The notes: generated by a model from the letters alone, not told the origin. A stretch of 62,963 nucleotides of DNA, filler included, from Chiloscyllium plagiosum (GCF_004010195.1; 4 parts of one record of this genome joined end to end with filler, not necessarily neighbours in it); one strand, 5' to 3'. Shown: positions 13,421 to 27,592, counted from the whole stretch's first letter. Translations and numbers: made by a program.

Positions 13421-16161
13421 ACCATCCGACCCCCAGCACCCTGAGAGGAACACCACCCCTGCTTATGACTCTAACCCCATTCCCCCCACCACCACACCCA
13501 CTCCAGTTACACGCTCCGCCCCCTCTCCCATCTCCACACCCACACCGGGTCCCAGCTCCCAGCCCTGCCGAGTTTTCACTATCCTTCCTGATCTGCCCCT
13601 CACGGAGGATGAAAGATCAGTCCACGGCAAAGGACTCACCTGTATCACCCTCCGCCCAAGCATCAATGAATTTAATACACGCCGTGTCGTCAAACTCTTC
13701 TTCTGCCACCTCCGTGCTCACTTTTATAATCAGGATCCCCGCCCACGTTCCGAGGACCCCTTCACCCACCTCCAACACGCTCCTTCCACCTGGACACCCC
13801 GTGCCAGCTTATTACCCGTCCTCGACCTCTTCATTCCCATTTGCCACTGGGATGTTAACCGCCTCAACCTGTCTACCCCCTCCCCATTGCAAACTCTCAC
13901 CCTCACAAGGCGCAGCCCACCACTCCCACTTGTCCAATCCCAACCTCACCATTGAGACAGCAGACAAAGGGGGTGCAGTGGTAGTCTGGCGCACTGACCT
14001 CTACACCGCTGAAGCCAGACGCCATGTCGAAGACACCTTTTCCTACCATCCCCTCGACCATGACCCCACCCCATCACCAAACCGTCATCTCCCAGACCAT
14101 ACAGAACCTCATCAACTCAGGAGATCTCTCCCCCACAGCTTTGAACCTCATAGTCCGGGAACCCCACACTGCCCGATTCTACCTCCTTCCCGTGATCCAT
14201 AAGCCTGACCGCCCTGGCCGACACGTTGTCTCAGCATGCTCCTGCCCCACTGAACACAACTCTACCTACATCGACACTGTCCTATCCCCCTTAGTCCATG
14301 AACTCCCCACATACGTTCGAGACATCACCCACGCCCTCCACTTCCTCTAAGACTTCGCTTTCCCCGGCCCCCAACGCCTCATCTTCACCATGGATATCAA
14401 ATCCCTCTACACCTCCATCCGCCATGACCATGACCCCCAAACCCTCCGTTTCTTCCTCTCCTGACGTCCCAACAACACCCTTCCACCGACATTCTCATTC
14501 GTTTGGCTGAACTGGTCCTCACACTCAACAATTTCTCCTTTGAATCCTCCCACTTCCTCCAAACCAAAGGGGTAGCCATGGGCACCCGTATGGGCCACAG
14601 CTATGCTTGTCTCTGTTGGCTACGTAGAAAAGTCCATCTTCCATAGTTACACCGGCATCACTCCCCACTTCTTCCTCCACTATATTGATGACTGCATTGG
14701 CGCTACTCGTGGTCCCACAAGGAGATTGAGCAATTCGTCAACTTCACCAACACATTCCATCCTGCCCTTAAGTTTGCCTGGAACATCTCTGACACCTCCC
14801 TCCCCTTCCTGGACCTTTCTATCTCCAGTTATGACGACCGACTTGACACTGACATTTTTTACAAACTCACCAACTCCCGCAGATCCTGGAGTACACCTCT
14901 TCCCAACCTACCTCCTGCAAGAATTCAATCCCGTATTCCCAATGCCTCTGCCTCTGCCGTATCTGCTCCCATGATGACTAGTTCCACCACAGAACACACC
15001 AGATGGCCTCCTTCTTGAGAGACAGCAATTTCCCTTCCCACGTGGTTAGAGATGCCCGCCAACGCATCTCATCCACATCCCGCATCTCCGCCCTCAGACC
15101 CCACCCCTCCAACCGTAACAAGGACAGAACGCCCCTGGTGCTCACCTTCCACCCTACCAACCTTCACATAAACCACATCATCCGCCGACATTTCCACCAC
15201 GGCCAAACAGACCCCACCACCAGGGATATATTTCCCTCTCCACCCCTTTCCGCCTTCTGCAAATACCATTCCCTCCGTGACTACCTGGTCAGGTCCACGC
15301 CCCCCTACAACCCACCCTCCCATCCTGGCACCTTCCCCCACCACTGCAGGAATTGCAAAACCTGCGCCCACACCTCCTCCCTCACCTCCAGCCTTGGTCC
15401 CAAAGGAGCCTTCCACATCCATCAAAAGTTTAAAAGAACACCCACCAATATTATCTATTGTACCCGTTGCTCCCGATGTGATCTCCTCTATATTGGGGAG
15501 ACTGGACGCCTCCTAGCAGAGCGCGTTAGGGATCATCTCTGGGACACCTCCACCAATCCACCACATCGCCCTGAAGCCCAACATTTCAACTCTCTCTCCC
15601 ACTCAGCCGAGGACATGGAGGTCCTGGGCCTCCTTCACCGCCACTCTCTCAGCACCCGATGCGTGTAGGAAGAACACCTAATCTTCTGCCTCGGAACACG
15701 TCAACCCCAGGGCATAAATGTGGACTTCACCAGTTTCCTCATTTCCCCTTTCCCCCTCACCCCTGCTCCAAGCTTCGAGCTCAGCACTGTCCCTATGATT
15801 TGTCCCACCTGCCAATTCTCCTTTCCACCTTTCCACTCCACCCTCCTCTCTGACCTATCAACTTCATCCCCACCAAAATTCACACATTGTACTCTTTGCT
15901 ACCTTACCCCACCCTCATCTCTGACCTATCACCTCCATCCCCACCCCCATTCACCTATTTTACTCAATACTAAATTTCTCCCCACCCCCATCCTCCTCTC
16001 ATTTATCTCTCCACCTTGCAGGCACTCTGCCTCTACTCTTGATGAAGGGCTTTTTCCCGTAACGTCGATTTTTCAGCACCTCGGATGCTGCCTGAACTTC
16101 TGTGCTTTTCCAGCACCATTCTAATCTGGAATCTGGTTTCCAGCATCTGCAACCCTTGTTT
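13421..16161 (+). mobile_element. Penelope-like retroelement, family 1 (RT + GIY-YIG endonuclease, frameshifted)
   Basis: ADKGGAVVVW, FYLLPVIHKP, MDIKSLYTSI, QTKGVAMG, HYIDD and the GIY-YIG motif NIIYCTRCSRCDLLYIGETGR; the 3' tail carries a degenerate hammerhead core at about 16039-16066. Confidence 0.92.
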
Positions 16162-16226
16162 GAACATGCCGATCACCTTACTGATGTCCATATAGATCAC
16201 ATCTACTGCTCTGCCCTCATCAATCT

Positions 16227-16481
16227 NNNNNNNNNNNNNNNNNNNNNNNNNNNNNNNNNNNNNNNNNNNNNNNNNNNNNNNNNNNNNNNNNNNNNNNNNN
16301 NNNNNNNNNNNNNNNNNNNNNNNNNNNNNNNNNNNNNNNNNNNNNNNNNNNNNNNNNNNNNNNNNNNNNNNNNNNNNNNNNNNNNNNNNNNNNNNNNNNN
16401 NNNNNNNNNNNNNNNNNNNNNNNNNNNNNNNNNNNNNNNNNNNNNNNNNNNNNNNNNNNNNNNNNNNNNNNNNNNNNNNNN
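16227..16481. other. Assembly gap (N run)
   Basis: 255 N. Confidence 0.99.
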
Positions 16482-18599
16482 ATTTTCTGTGGCTCCACAC
16501 AAAGGCCGCCTTGCTGATCTTTGGGGGGCCCTATTCTCTCCCGAGTTACCCTTTTGTCCTTAATATATTTGTAAAAACCCTTTGAATTCGGATTAATTCT
16601 ATTTGCCAAAGCTATCTCATGTCCCCGTTTTGCCCTCCTGATTTCCCTATTAAGTATACTCCTACTTCCTTTATACTCTTCTGAGGAGTCACTCGATCGA
16701 TCCTGTCTATACCTGACATATGCTTCTTACTTTTTCTTTACTGAACCCTCAATTTCTTTAGTCATCCAGCATTCTCTATACCTACCAGCCTTCCTTTTCA
16801 CCCTGACAGGAATATACTTTCTGTGGATTCTTGTTATCTCATTTCTGAAAGCTTCCAATTTTCCAGCCGTCCCTTTACCTGTGAACATCTGCTTCCAATC
16901 AGCTTTCGAAAGTTCTTGCCTTGTACCGTCAAAATTGGTCTTCCTCCAATTTAGAACTTCAACTTTTAGATCTGGTCTACCCTTCTCCATCACTATTTTA
17001 AAACGACTGGAATTATGGTCGCTGGCCCCAAAGTGCTCCCCCACTGACTCCTCAGTCACCTGCCCTGCCTTATTTCCCAAGAGTAGGTCAAGTTTTGCAC
17101 CTTCTCTCATAGTTACATCCGCATACTGAATCATTAAATTATCTTGTACACACTGAAGAAATTCTTCTCTATCTAAACCTTTAACACTATGGCAGTCCCA
17201 GTCGATGTTTGGAAAGTTAAAGTCCCCTACCATGACTACCCGATTATTCTTCCAGATAGCTGAGATCTCCTTACATGTTTGTTTCTCAATTTCCCTTTGA
17301 CTATTCGGGGATCTATAATACAATTCCAATAAGGTGATCATCCCTTTCTATTTTCAATTGCACCCACATAACATCCTGGATGTATTCCAGGAATATCCTC
17401 CCTCAGCACAACTGCAATGGTATCCTTTATTAAAAATGTCACTCCCCCTCCTCTCTTGCCTCCATTTCCAGCGTTCCTGCAGCATTTGTATCCAGGAATA
17501 TTAAGCTGCCAGTCCTGCCCATCCCTGAGCCATATTTCTATAATTGCTATAATATCTCAGTCCCATGTTCCTAACCATGCCCTCAGTTCATCGGCCTTTC
17601 CTGTTAGGCCCCTTGCATTGAAATAAATTCAGTTTAATTTGTTAGTCCTACCTTGTCCCTGCCTGCCCTGACAGTCTGACTCGCTTCTGTTCTCAACTGT
17701 ACCAGTCTCAGATCGATCTCTTTCCTCACTGGGTCCCAAACCCCTCTCCCCACCACACACTACTTTAAATCCTCCCAAGCAGTTCTAGCAAATTTTCCTG
17801 CTAGTATATTAGTCCCCTTCCAATTTCGGTGCAATCAGCCCTTCTTGTACAGGTCACTTCTACCCCAAAAGAGATTCAAAAGATCCAAAAATATGAATCC
17901 TTCTCCCATACACCAGCTCCTCAGCCATGCATTCAACTGCTCAATCCTCCTATTCCTGCCCCCACTCGCTCGTATCACTGGGAGTAATCCAGGTATTACT
18001 ACCCTTGAGGACCTCCTTTTTAACTTTCTGCCTAACTCTCTGTAATCTCTCTTCAGAACCTCAACCTTTTCCCTTCCTACATCATTGGTTCCAATGTGGT
18101 AATGACCTCTTGGTGGCCCCTCTCCCCCGTGAGAACATTCTGCACCCTCTCTGAGACATCCTTCATCCTGGCACCAGAGAACCAACACACCATTTTGCTT
18201 TTTTTTCTGCTGGCCACAGAAACGCCTGTCTGTACCTCGGACCACAGAATCCCCTAACACAATTGACCTCTTGGAAGCCGACGTACCCCTCGTAGCCACT
18301 CTCAATACCGGAAAATTGGCTGTTCGTGCTACGTTCCCCTGAGAATCCATCACCCCATACATTTTTCAAAACAGCATACCTGTTTGAAATGGGTGTATCC
18401 ACAAAAGGTGCCTACCTCTCTTACCCTTCCTGGAGATAATCCATCTATGTGACTGTATCTGAGACTTCCCACCCCTTCCTATAACTGTCATCCATCACAT
18501 CCTGTTGCTGTTGCAAATTTCGTCATCGCTTCTATCTGTCTCTCCAACCGATCCACTCGATGGCAAGAGCTGCTTACAATCTATACTGATAGCCTGACG

Positions 18600-19245
18600 C
18601 GGGAGCTGAGCGCAATATACATCCGAGTTTGTGGATGACACTGACAACCAAAAGGCAGACTGTTATTTAATGGAGATGACTCCCAAAAAAGGAGCAGTAC
18701 AACGGATTGGACTGTTCCTGTTTATGAAACGTAACGTCAGCATGCTGATGCAGAAATGTTGGTTCATTAGACTGGTTCCTGGGAAGAAAGGGTAGAATTA
18801 TTAAATAAATCAAAAATGCTGAGACGATATTTCATTGTGGTTTAAATGAATGAGGGTGACATTAATGAAACGGACAAGATACAGAGGGGGCTTGACAAAG
18901 TAAGCGTTGAGAATGTAATTCCACACCAGGGCAGAGTCTGGAACACAGGGATGTAGATGCAGAAAAAGCAATATCGACTTCAAACTGAAACATAAAGAAA
19001 TGTCTTCTTTCAGAAGGTAGTGAATGGCTGGAATTTCCTAACCGAGTTGTGTGGAAGCTGGGTCACTGAATGTATTTACAGACGGGGTTGACTGGTTTGT
19101 GACATTTCAGCGTTTTGAGGGATGCAAAGGGTTAGCAGGAAAGTGGAGTTGAGCCGTGGAGTAGATCAGCCATGTTCTTATTGAATGTCAGAGAAGGTTT
19201 GAGGGGCCGAATAGTCTGCTCCTGTTCCTATTTCGTACATTCTTA
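18600..19245 (+). mobile_element. CR1-clade LINE 3' fragment, old
   Basis: Ends in the typical GAGGGGCCGAATAGTCTGCTCCTGTTCCTAT tail. Confidence 0.7.
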
Positions 19246-21214
19246 TTTATGCTTTTGGAAAATAGCTGGTTATTTTCATGACGCAAAATGTTGCATTCAG
19301 GGAGCGCAGATGATTTTTCTGAGTTGATCTTGTGTGATGTATGGGGGCTTTATTCACTGCGAATCTGGGTCTGTAACATGACCCACATCTCGAGCAGAAG
19401 TTACAGAGAGGGGAAGCCTGAAAACAGGAATTGGGGGGTGTCACTTCCTGACCCACCTTTGAATTTCCAAACTGCACCAAACCATCTGAGTGGCCTCAGT
19501 CTGCTCCTGTACTACAGGACCAAAGGGCTGAATGGAACATCAGAACATAGGGCTGACGGACACGACTGGGCCATTCGGCCCTTTGACACTATTCCACCAG
19601 TCAATAAGGACATGGCTCATCCCATTGCGTTCCCAGCTGCACTTTCGTCTCATTGCACAAATTATCCCTGATTCACGTATCTATGGAAAATCAGACAAAG
19701 TCAGCCTCGATATAATGTAAAGATTCAGCCCTCCTAAACTTCTGGGAAAGAGAATTTCCACTGGAATGAATTCCCACTTTGTGAATTTCTCTTCACTCCA
19801 GTTCTGACTGAGGTTGGAGGATGTCACTGTTTCAATTTCTAGACCCACTCCTTCACTTCTCACAACAAATTTTAAATGTAACCAGGTTGATGATATAGCC
19901 GAAGATAAAGGTTTAAGACTGGGTCAGGTTCAATGATCAGAACAAGTGAGTTAGATTTCGTTAGTCAGCTACAAGTAATTAATAGAACTAACTGAGGAGT
20001 ATGATGGATATGTGGTTAGCACTGCTGCCTCAGATCACCAAGGATCTGGGTTCAATTCAAAACTCAGGTGAGTCTGAACATTCTCTACGTATTTGTATGG
20101 GTTCCCTCCCAATGCTCCAGTTTCCTCCACGAGTACAAAGGTGTGCAGCTCAGAGTGGATTGGCTAAGCTATATTGCCCATTGTTAAGAAAGCGTCCTCG
20201 TCATGGTAACCGCTATCCATGTGGGGAATTGAACCTGCGCTGCTGACCTCCCTCTGCATCACAAACCAGCCGTCCAGCCAACAAAGTGGGAGACTGTGTG
20301 ATTGTTACAGACAGAAACAGTCACAGATAAAGTGAAAAATAAACTTCATAACAAAGAAAGTGATACATTTCAAATAATGTTCAAGATAACAGTTGAGGAT
20401 AAAAAGTTCTATACTAGAAATTTTATTTCAGAACGGGACAAGTGTTTAGAAGCGGTTTTTGGCTGAATACTATATAGTGAGACAAAGTGAAATAGCCAGA
20501 ATTAATAATTGTGAATGGATATAAAATAAGTGCCTATGTAGAGTGAGTGAGAGAGAGAGAGATGAAAAATCGTCGTGTCATTTCCCTTATCTGACATGCG
20601 CGGGGTCGCTCCAAACTGAGAAAGTTCAACAGTGTGCCCATTGACCTTTGAAAGATGGGACAAATGCCAGTGATCACGGAATATCCAGGGGCATCAGTGC
20701 AATGGTGAGTCCCTCCAGCCATGATGGGTTGAAGAAACGGGCTGGCATTGAATGAGAGGAATACTATGAGATTGAGTGGGTAGTTAATGAGGTGAGTTGG
20801 ATAAGATAGCATCAAGAAACTAGCTCAGCCTCGTACAGACGATCCCACTGTCACAATTAATAAAGTTGTCACTGAAACAAATTATTGTTAGATGCAGCCC
20901 AATGAAACGAAGACTCTGCTGACCCCACACCCAGTTACAAAGTTTTAGAACAAATGCTCATCCAAAACTCTCCATCATCTGTACTGACACCTATATCCCC
21001 TTCAGCTATCATTCCTGGGAATACTGGCTCATGTTGCTGTCGAAATTCTGAATTCTATGACCTTACATGAAATTGTCCCTCAAACTGCCTTTCTCTTTTT
21101 TCTCCAAAATCCTTTTGATTGTTGGTAGCTAAACTGATTTCCTCGCCATCTCTCTCTCTGGCAGGGGCGAGGGAATACGGACTAGGCAATAAGGACTCTG
21201 TATCAGAGTGATAA

Positions 21215-21436
21215 TGTAACTGACGGGTAATTCAAAGCAAAGGGCTGTGCTTCCAAGGCAGGGTTTAAATCCTACCACGGACGATGCCAGAATTTAAATT
21301 CGAATGGCAAAAATTGGAATGAAACCTAATTTCACTCATGGAAACCAGAAACCATCAGGATTTATTTTTATTATTTCACTGATAGTCTTTGGTGAAGAAA
21401 CTTAACATTATTGCCCAGTCTGAACTCAGTGTGACT
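21215..21436 (+). mobile_element. Second SINE-like family, decayed (related copies at about 28850-29110 + and 29700-30020 -)
   Basis: B-box-like GGGTTTAAATCC and body motifs (TTCACTGAT..., TGTGACT) shared with the other two copies. Confidence 0.55.
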
Positions 21437-21536
21437 NNNNNNNNNNNNNNNNNNNNNNNNNNNNNNNNNNNNNNNNNNNNTTAATTAATTAANNNNNNNN
21501 NNNNNNNNNNNNNNNNNNNNNNNNNNNNNNNNNNNN
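21437..21536. other. 100-bp scaffold gap with embedded TTAATTAATTAA linker
   Basis: 44 N + TTAATTAATTAA + 44 N; the same structure occurs at 42305-42404 and 56598-56697. Confidence 0.97.
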
Positions 21537-21719
21537 TTCAGTTTACCACTTAGCCTCACACCAGTGACATGACTGTGCTAATGCTCACCATGAATTAAAC
21601 TGGATTAATTCTGGAACTTTTCAGGCAGAAGTGAGTAACATATCCATCATCACCGAAGTGCAGTCCTCCAATGTATTCACTGGCTGACAGAAGTCACCTG
21701 TCTGCTGAATGCAATATGT

Positions 21720-22820
21720 TGACTCCATCTCCCTGAGGAAGGTACAGAAACAAACTTCCAGAAACACTCGGGAAAGAGTGACTGGTTAAATGAGGAACAG
21801 CAGGAAATTAGAATTCATAAAAGGTGTGTCTTTGAAAATCTCATTGAATTGAAGGTCGGTATGTTGCTGCATCAGATGAGCTACATCCCAGAGTAGTGAG
21901 GAGGTGGCAGTAGAGCTAATGAAATAATTACTGATTATTCTTCAAAGCTAGTTTGATTCTGGAAAGGATCATGCAGACTGGAAAGCAGCTATAGTAAACC
22001 AAAGTATTTAAAATACAACGGAGAAGTCAAACAGAAAACTAAATTGTAGTTAGCTTGGTATCAGCTGTCAAAAAAACATTGGAACCTTTCGTGAGGAATG
22101 TGAGAACTAGACACTTGGAAAATAATGACATAATTTGGCAGAGTCAATCTAAATTCAGGAAATGGAAATGATCTTTGATAAACCTGCTGGATTTTGTGGA
22201 GGTTGTGCGTTGTGACATCGACAATTGTGAATCAATGGAATTGGAGTATTTGCATTTTCAGCAGACGTTGACATGGTTGAATACAGTGAGTAGAGAATGT
22301 TCGAGCCCATGGGTAGGTAGTGGTGGAATAAACTGAATGTCTTAAAAATTGGATAATCGAGAGAATGAAGAGAGTTGTGTTTTTATCTAGAGTGAAGACT
22401 TTGGGGTATCTGAAGGATCAGAAGAAATAAAATGTTTCAGATGGGAACAACAAATATCATCATTCACATTTACGTTCATTAAATACTTAGAGGCTGCGAA
22501 GTGCTGTTGTTGAAACAGACCTGGATGTGCTTGGTCATAAATGACTGACAGAATGTTTAATCAGCAAGAAGTAAATGATATGTGGCTCTTCTTGCAAAAA
22601 TGATTAAAGTACCTGAGTAAATGTATCTTTCCCAATCGTATTGTTATGTTTCGAGACTATTTAGCGTATTGTGTACGGGTTGGAAATACTTTATAAATAA
22701 TGATCTTGTGAGTGATGCAGTCCGAAGGGATTTCACCAGACTGAACCCTGGCATGGTGTTACCATGAGGAGAAATTGAAGAAACCTGTGTGCAATATGTA
22801 GCACTGTGAGGGAATAAGAA
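21720..22820 (+). mobile_element. Old CR1-clade LINE RT remnant
   Basis: Decayed GPDELHPRV, DWKAA.V.P and YLDFQ-like segments. Confidence 0.65.
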
Positions 22821-24029
22821 GTTGAAACTTGATGATTATGGATGGACACTCTTTTCGTCCCAAGCAACTGAATAGGGTGAAGATTCCATCCTTCTCATTG
22901 GATGCTTGTTTCCCGGTAGTTTCCGTCCCTATGCAGAGCCCCATGTATATTGACAGATAAGTAAAGACTTTGAATGAACTTTACTGTCCAGTTGCTGTGT
23001 GACACTGCACTGAATGCTACATTGTCAGCAGCAGCAATACCTTCACTCCGAAACAATTTGCCATTCCCCACCAGCTTCTGACCTCCATAGAGACCATGGA
23101 TCTAACTTCTTGGAATGGACAACACGTTGGTGAATGGGTAAAAATGTTGTCTTCACTCCCACTGCCTGACAACCATTTTAAAATAACACATATGTACTAT
23201 GAGTAATGTAGCAATGTGGAACAAGTTAGAACAGTCTATCTGTTCAGCCAATGCACCATTGGAGCATCTTTGACACCTTCCTCTTCCTGTGTCAGTGACC
23301 GAAGAAGCTGAATGACCACTTCCTGTAGCTTTGTAAATGGCTCCAGATTTGAAATGGTCTTTTTCGGACCCCATGTAAATGATGCATGGGAGTGAGTGGT
23401 CTCTTTGTCTTCCTATGGAATAGGCTGGAGGGACTGATTGGGCGATACCATTTCTTGCCCAGTAGTTTTGATGGGCTGAATGACTTCCCCATATTCTTGT
23501 GAACACAGATTGAGGTACTGAATGAGCTTTTTCTTTGTCTCAGGAAATGCGTTTTGTCTGTTACGTGAATGTTACCCAGACTTTAACAGCACAACTTTGA
23601 ATGTTGTCTGCATCTTGTCGCACTTGGACAACGATGGCTTCAGAATCTGAGTGCTGAATTTTTTTCTGAACATTGTGTAGTCTTCAGTGAATATCCTCAC
23701 TTCGGATCGGTGTGAACTCAATGGACTGAATGGCCTGCTTCCACACTGCAGGGATTCCCCGCTGGCCAACTGCAGATGCCTGGGCTGAGGGAGATACCCA
23801 GAGAATCTCCTGCATAAATACGCTATGGCTGAGATGATTGATGCCCACCGATGATAAATACCTTCCCTTGTGCAGTGAATAACTCCGAGCAGTGGAGAGA
23901 TCACAATTGATTCTCATTTTTGTGACTTTGCTCAGGCTCCTTGATGCCATCCTCAGACTAATACTGCCTTGAGTCCAGGGCAGGTCTCTCTTACCTGAGC
24001 CCTTGTGTTCCCTCTTTTGTTCATATCAA

Positions 24030-24960
24030 TAGGTCATGGTGTAGAAGTAAAGAGAGATTTCTTCAAACAGAAGGACATGATTGTCTGGAAGTTTCTTACA
24101 CAGAGAGTTAATGGAGCTAGATCACTGAAAAGGAGCAGTGGTGTCCTGCAGGGATCGGTTGTGGGACCGCTGCTTGTTGTGATTTTTATAAATGACTTGG
24201 ATGAAGAAGCGGAAGGGTGGGTTAGTAAGTTTGCCGATGACACGAAGGTTTGTGGAGTGGTACATAGTGTGGAGGGCTGTTGTCTGTTGCAATAGGGCAT
24301 TCACAGGACGCAGAACTGGGCTGAGAAGTGGCAGATAGAGTTCAACCTGGAAAAGTGTGAAGTGATTCACTTTGCAAGCTCGAATATTAATGCAGAATAC
24401 AGTGTTAAAGACAGGATTGTTGGCAGTGTGGAGGAACAGATGGATCTTGGGGTCCATGTCCAAAGATCCCTTACGTTTGCTACCCAAATTGTGATGGAGT
24501 TGTTAAGAAGGTATATAGTACTTTAGTTTTGATTAGCAGGGGACAGACGCTTCTGTCCAAATTGTCCATGCTGACCAGACATCCTAATCTGATCTAGTCC
24601 TATTTGCCAGCATTTTGCCAATGTACCTCTGAACCATTCTTATTTATGTATCTATCCAGATATATTTTAAATGTCTAATTATACCCGCTTCCATGGGTGC
24701 TTTTGTACTCTGAGATAATCTTCCTCACTGTCCACTGCACCACATTTTGCTGTTATCAGTAAACTTAGTAATCATGCCTTTGATATTCACATCCAGGTTG
24801 TGTATATACATGATGAAAAGCAGCAAGCTCTACACTGATTCTTTCAGCACACCACTGGCCACAGGCTTCTAGTCTGGAAAATAATCCTTTACCTTCAAGA
24901 CAATTATGCATCCAATTGGTTAAATTTCCCTGGATTCCATGGCGACCTAACTGCTTTAAA
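24030..24960. mobile_element. CR1 RT fragments: + strand 24030-24540, - strand 24540-24960
   Basis: GVLQGSVVGPLLVVIFINDLD...SKFADDTK on the + strand; inverted CR1 fragments follow. Confidence 0.85.
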
Positions 24961-25079
24961 TTTTTATGCTGTAACTCAATTAGTTTAGCTGATCTAAACA
25001 TTTTTCCATAATCACATATTTATTCCTGTTTAGTTTCAAGTATCTGATGAAACAACATTAATGCCAATGCCACTTCAGA

Positions 25080-27592
25080 TTCCTCGTCTTTACATTTATG
25101 ATCTCTCCTGTTTGAGCTGGTGACATTGTGACCTTGTTACACCACAATCAAGAAAGATTCCAGGATAAGGCTCCTGCATTGCTTCAGTTCCCTGTGACTC
25201 CACTGGCTTTTCAACCAGAGCAGGCAGCACTTCAACCGGTGAATCAGCTGCATACTTTACAAGGACAAGTTGTATTCCTGGTGCTGATAGTTTGTCCAAT
25301 ACTCCCACCGCAATTTCTCTACACTTTACTGGGCACTCCATCCCTGCTTTACATAATTGTACGCTTTTTGTCTCACATGAATTCACTTTTGCAGTACCTT
25401 TTCTGGAAATAGTCCTTCAGGAATACATACCTTCGTATCTTTCAGCACACAGACTGAGAGGATCCTGCGTCTCTAAATAGTGCATGCTCTTTATCTGCTA
25501 CTCCTGACCTATGTGAATACACTTTCCCTTTGCAGGTATATTTAATAAGCAGATCTGGCACTTCCTCCTTGACCAACCTCCGATCAGCTTGTACACTCTG
25601 ATGAAGCTTTCTAGCCTCCACTGTGCTTTCTGTTACCGCTCCAATAAAACTCCCAGACTTATCCTGTTTTACTACATCTGTTTTTTTTTTCCCTAGCCCA
25701 CCAACAGAGTACTCTCCTGTGACCTAATTTATTGCAACGAAAACACCTGACCTTTTTAGCTTCTTTGTCCCCTTCAAGGATTTCCTTTTTACGCTGTGGT
25801 AAGTTATCCTTCTGATCTTCACTGAGATCTACGTATCCATTTCCACGTGAGGATTTCTCTATCCCTCATGAACTGAAATTGATTCTGAAAGGCAAAATGT
25901 GTTTTATGAAACAATTCATGATCATCAACTTCTTCAGTTGCTAACTATGCTGTTTTAACTCTCTGCTCTTCCATTGCACTAATTCATGCAATGAATCTTT
26001 GAATTTTTCCAAAATAATTATCTCTCTAAGTGCATCATACATTTGATCGATTTTTAACGTTCTTATCCATTTATCAAAATAACTTTCTTTGACCCTTTCA
26101 AACTCAATATAGGTTTGACCAGGGTCACTCCTCAGATTCCTGAAATGTTGTCTTTCGGCTTCTGGCACAAGCTTATATGCACTTTCTTCGCCTCCCCATA
26201 CTCCCTGGATCCCTCCTCTGGTATTATTACGGATACCTCGCTCGCTCTACCTACAAGTTTCGTTTGGATCAAAAAGCCCACATGGTCACTGGCAAATGCA
26301 ATAGTTTAGCCACTTATTCAAATTAAATGAAAAGGTTCTCCATGTCCTACTTAGGCAAGGCGTGAGTATACCTAAAAAGTATCTCACCAGACTTTTGATT
26401 ACGATGGGTTTGCTAATCCTCATGCTACTCCTCACTAAGCTTACTTTCAGCCTTCATCTCCATCGTTTTCAGCTGACTTTCCACTCTCAGTGTCCATCTC
26501 TGAAGCTCAAACGCTCTCTCTTTTTGTTTCTCTCCAGCTAAAGCCATTCGTTTTTTTTTTCTCTTTCCTGGATAAAACCAATTCGTTTTCTTTGTTTCTC
26601 TTTTAATTTTAATTATAACGCAAACTGCTTCACTTCGGCTTCTGACTCAAGCTGCTATATTTCCGATTAATGTTTAGTCATTTGTACAGACCCCAATGGA
26701 GTTTCCAGCGAATTGGAATGCTGAACTATTGCTGCAATCATCTAATCTTTCCTCACATTAGGAGGTAGCTTCAACTCCAGCGTGTCTTCTAATTCCCGCA
26801 GCTTGGTCTTATGTGCATTTGGTAACAGTCTCAAGGTCGATTCTCCCATCTCCAAAACACCCTTTGTGACTGCAAGAGCTATTGTTTTTTTAAGTTTTGT
26901 TTTACCCACCAAATCCACACACGAAAAAAGAGACTCTAAAAACTGCCATTCGCTGCCTAAATCCCGCAAAGGCCCCCCAATCTGGCCCGACCCCTCAAAA
27001 CATTTTTTAGCAGGTAGTCCAGACGTAACTTTGGTATTTGTTGAAGTTTAGTGTACAGTGGATATTTCCGGAGTGAATTAGCTGGTCAGACTGCCGGGTT
27101 TTATACAAACATTTTTACAAAATTACGGAATGAAGCACATGAAACTGAAAATAGAATATTCACCTAACTTACTTTATCCAGCCAAGAGGCTATCCTGACT
27201 TTAGGATGTTGTTCCAAAATGCTTGCAAGAATTCCAATCAACAAATGTTTTATCACAAAAAGTAAAACTGATACAAAAAGCTTACAGGTTATGAGGTTGG
27301 AAGAGCAGGAGGGGGAGACCGTTCAATTTCAACAGTGACCCGAACTCAGTTAACCCCCAACTGAATTGATCTGCCCAGCTAGAGAGCTGGCCACGTCCTC
27401 TTGATTATACAAGTTTTTATTTAAAGACTTGAAAGCGTTCTGCCTGAGGCATTACCAGTTAGGTATAAACAAAAGGACCCCAAATTAACCTCTCAAAACT
27501 CAGACATATTAGAATCTTGGGTCATTTAGAACCTCGCTGAAGAAGAAAATACAAGTATAACATAACCTTGTAAAAGGACCGGCTTTGTGACA
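25080..27592 (-). mobile_element. Gypsy LTR retrotransposon (Gmr1-like), 5' LTR + gag + protease region, 3'-truncated
   Basis: The LTR begins TGTCACAAAG at 27592 and a degenerate PBS lies at 26979-26961. The SCAN-like gag reads PEAERQHFRNLR...LREIIILEKFK. Homologous to the element at 30910-36101. Confidence 0.85.

Larger units (their letters stand above)
12326..18565 (-). mobile_element. Near full-length CR1/HER1 LINE (ORF1 SGNH esterase, ORF2 endonuclease + RT), split by a Penelope insertion and a gap
   Basis: ORF1 IVLGDSVVRG...HIGTND (17835-18362); APE endonuclease YYRSPN, VGDFNFP, SDHN (16727-17341); RT VPQGSVLGPLLFVIYINDL (13083-13352); 3' tail at about 12326. Stops and frameshifts are present. 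Confidence 0.93.

Noticed and set aside
13332..14202. Proline-rich 207-aa and 245-aa ORFs as host genes
   Set aside because: They are frameshifted pieces of the Penelope ORF in C-rich sequence.
16039..16066. Active hammerheads at 16039, 2020, 10515, 37372 and 42817
   Set aside because: Each has substitutions in the CUGA, GAAA or GUC core positions, so they are treated as dead copies.
16033..16609. Long ORFs spanning 16.2-16.5 kb
   Set aside because: Artefacts of translating through Ns.
20654..20712. Short ATG-to-GTGAGT exon candidate (also minus-strand donor-like sites near 60030-60095)
   Set aside because: Donor-like hexamers are expected by chance in 63 kb, and there is no homology or other support.
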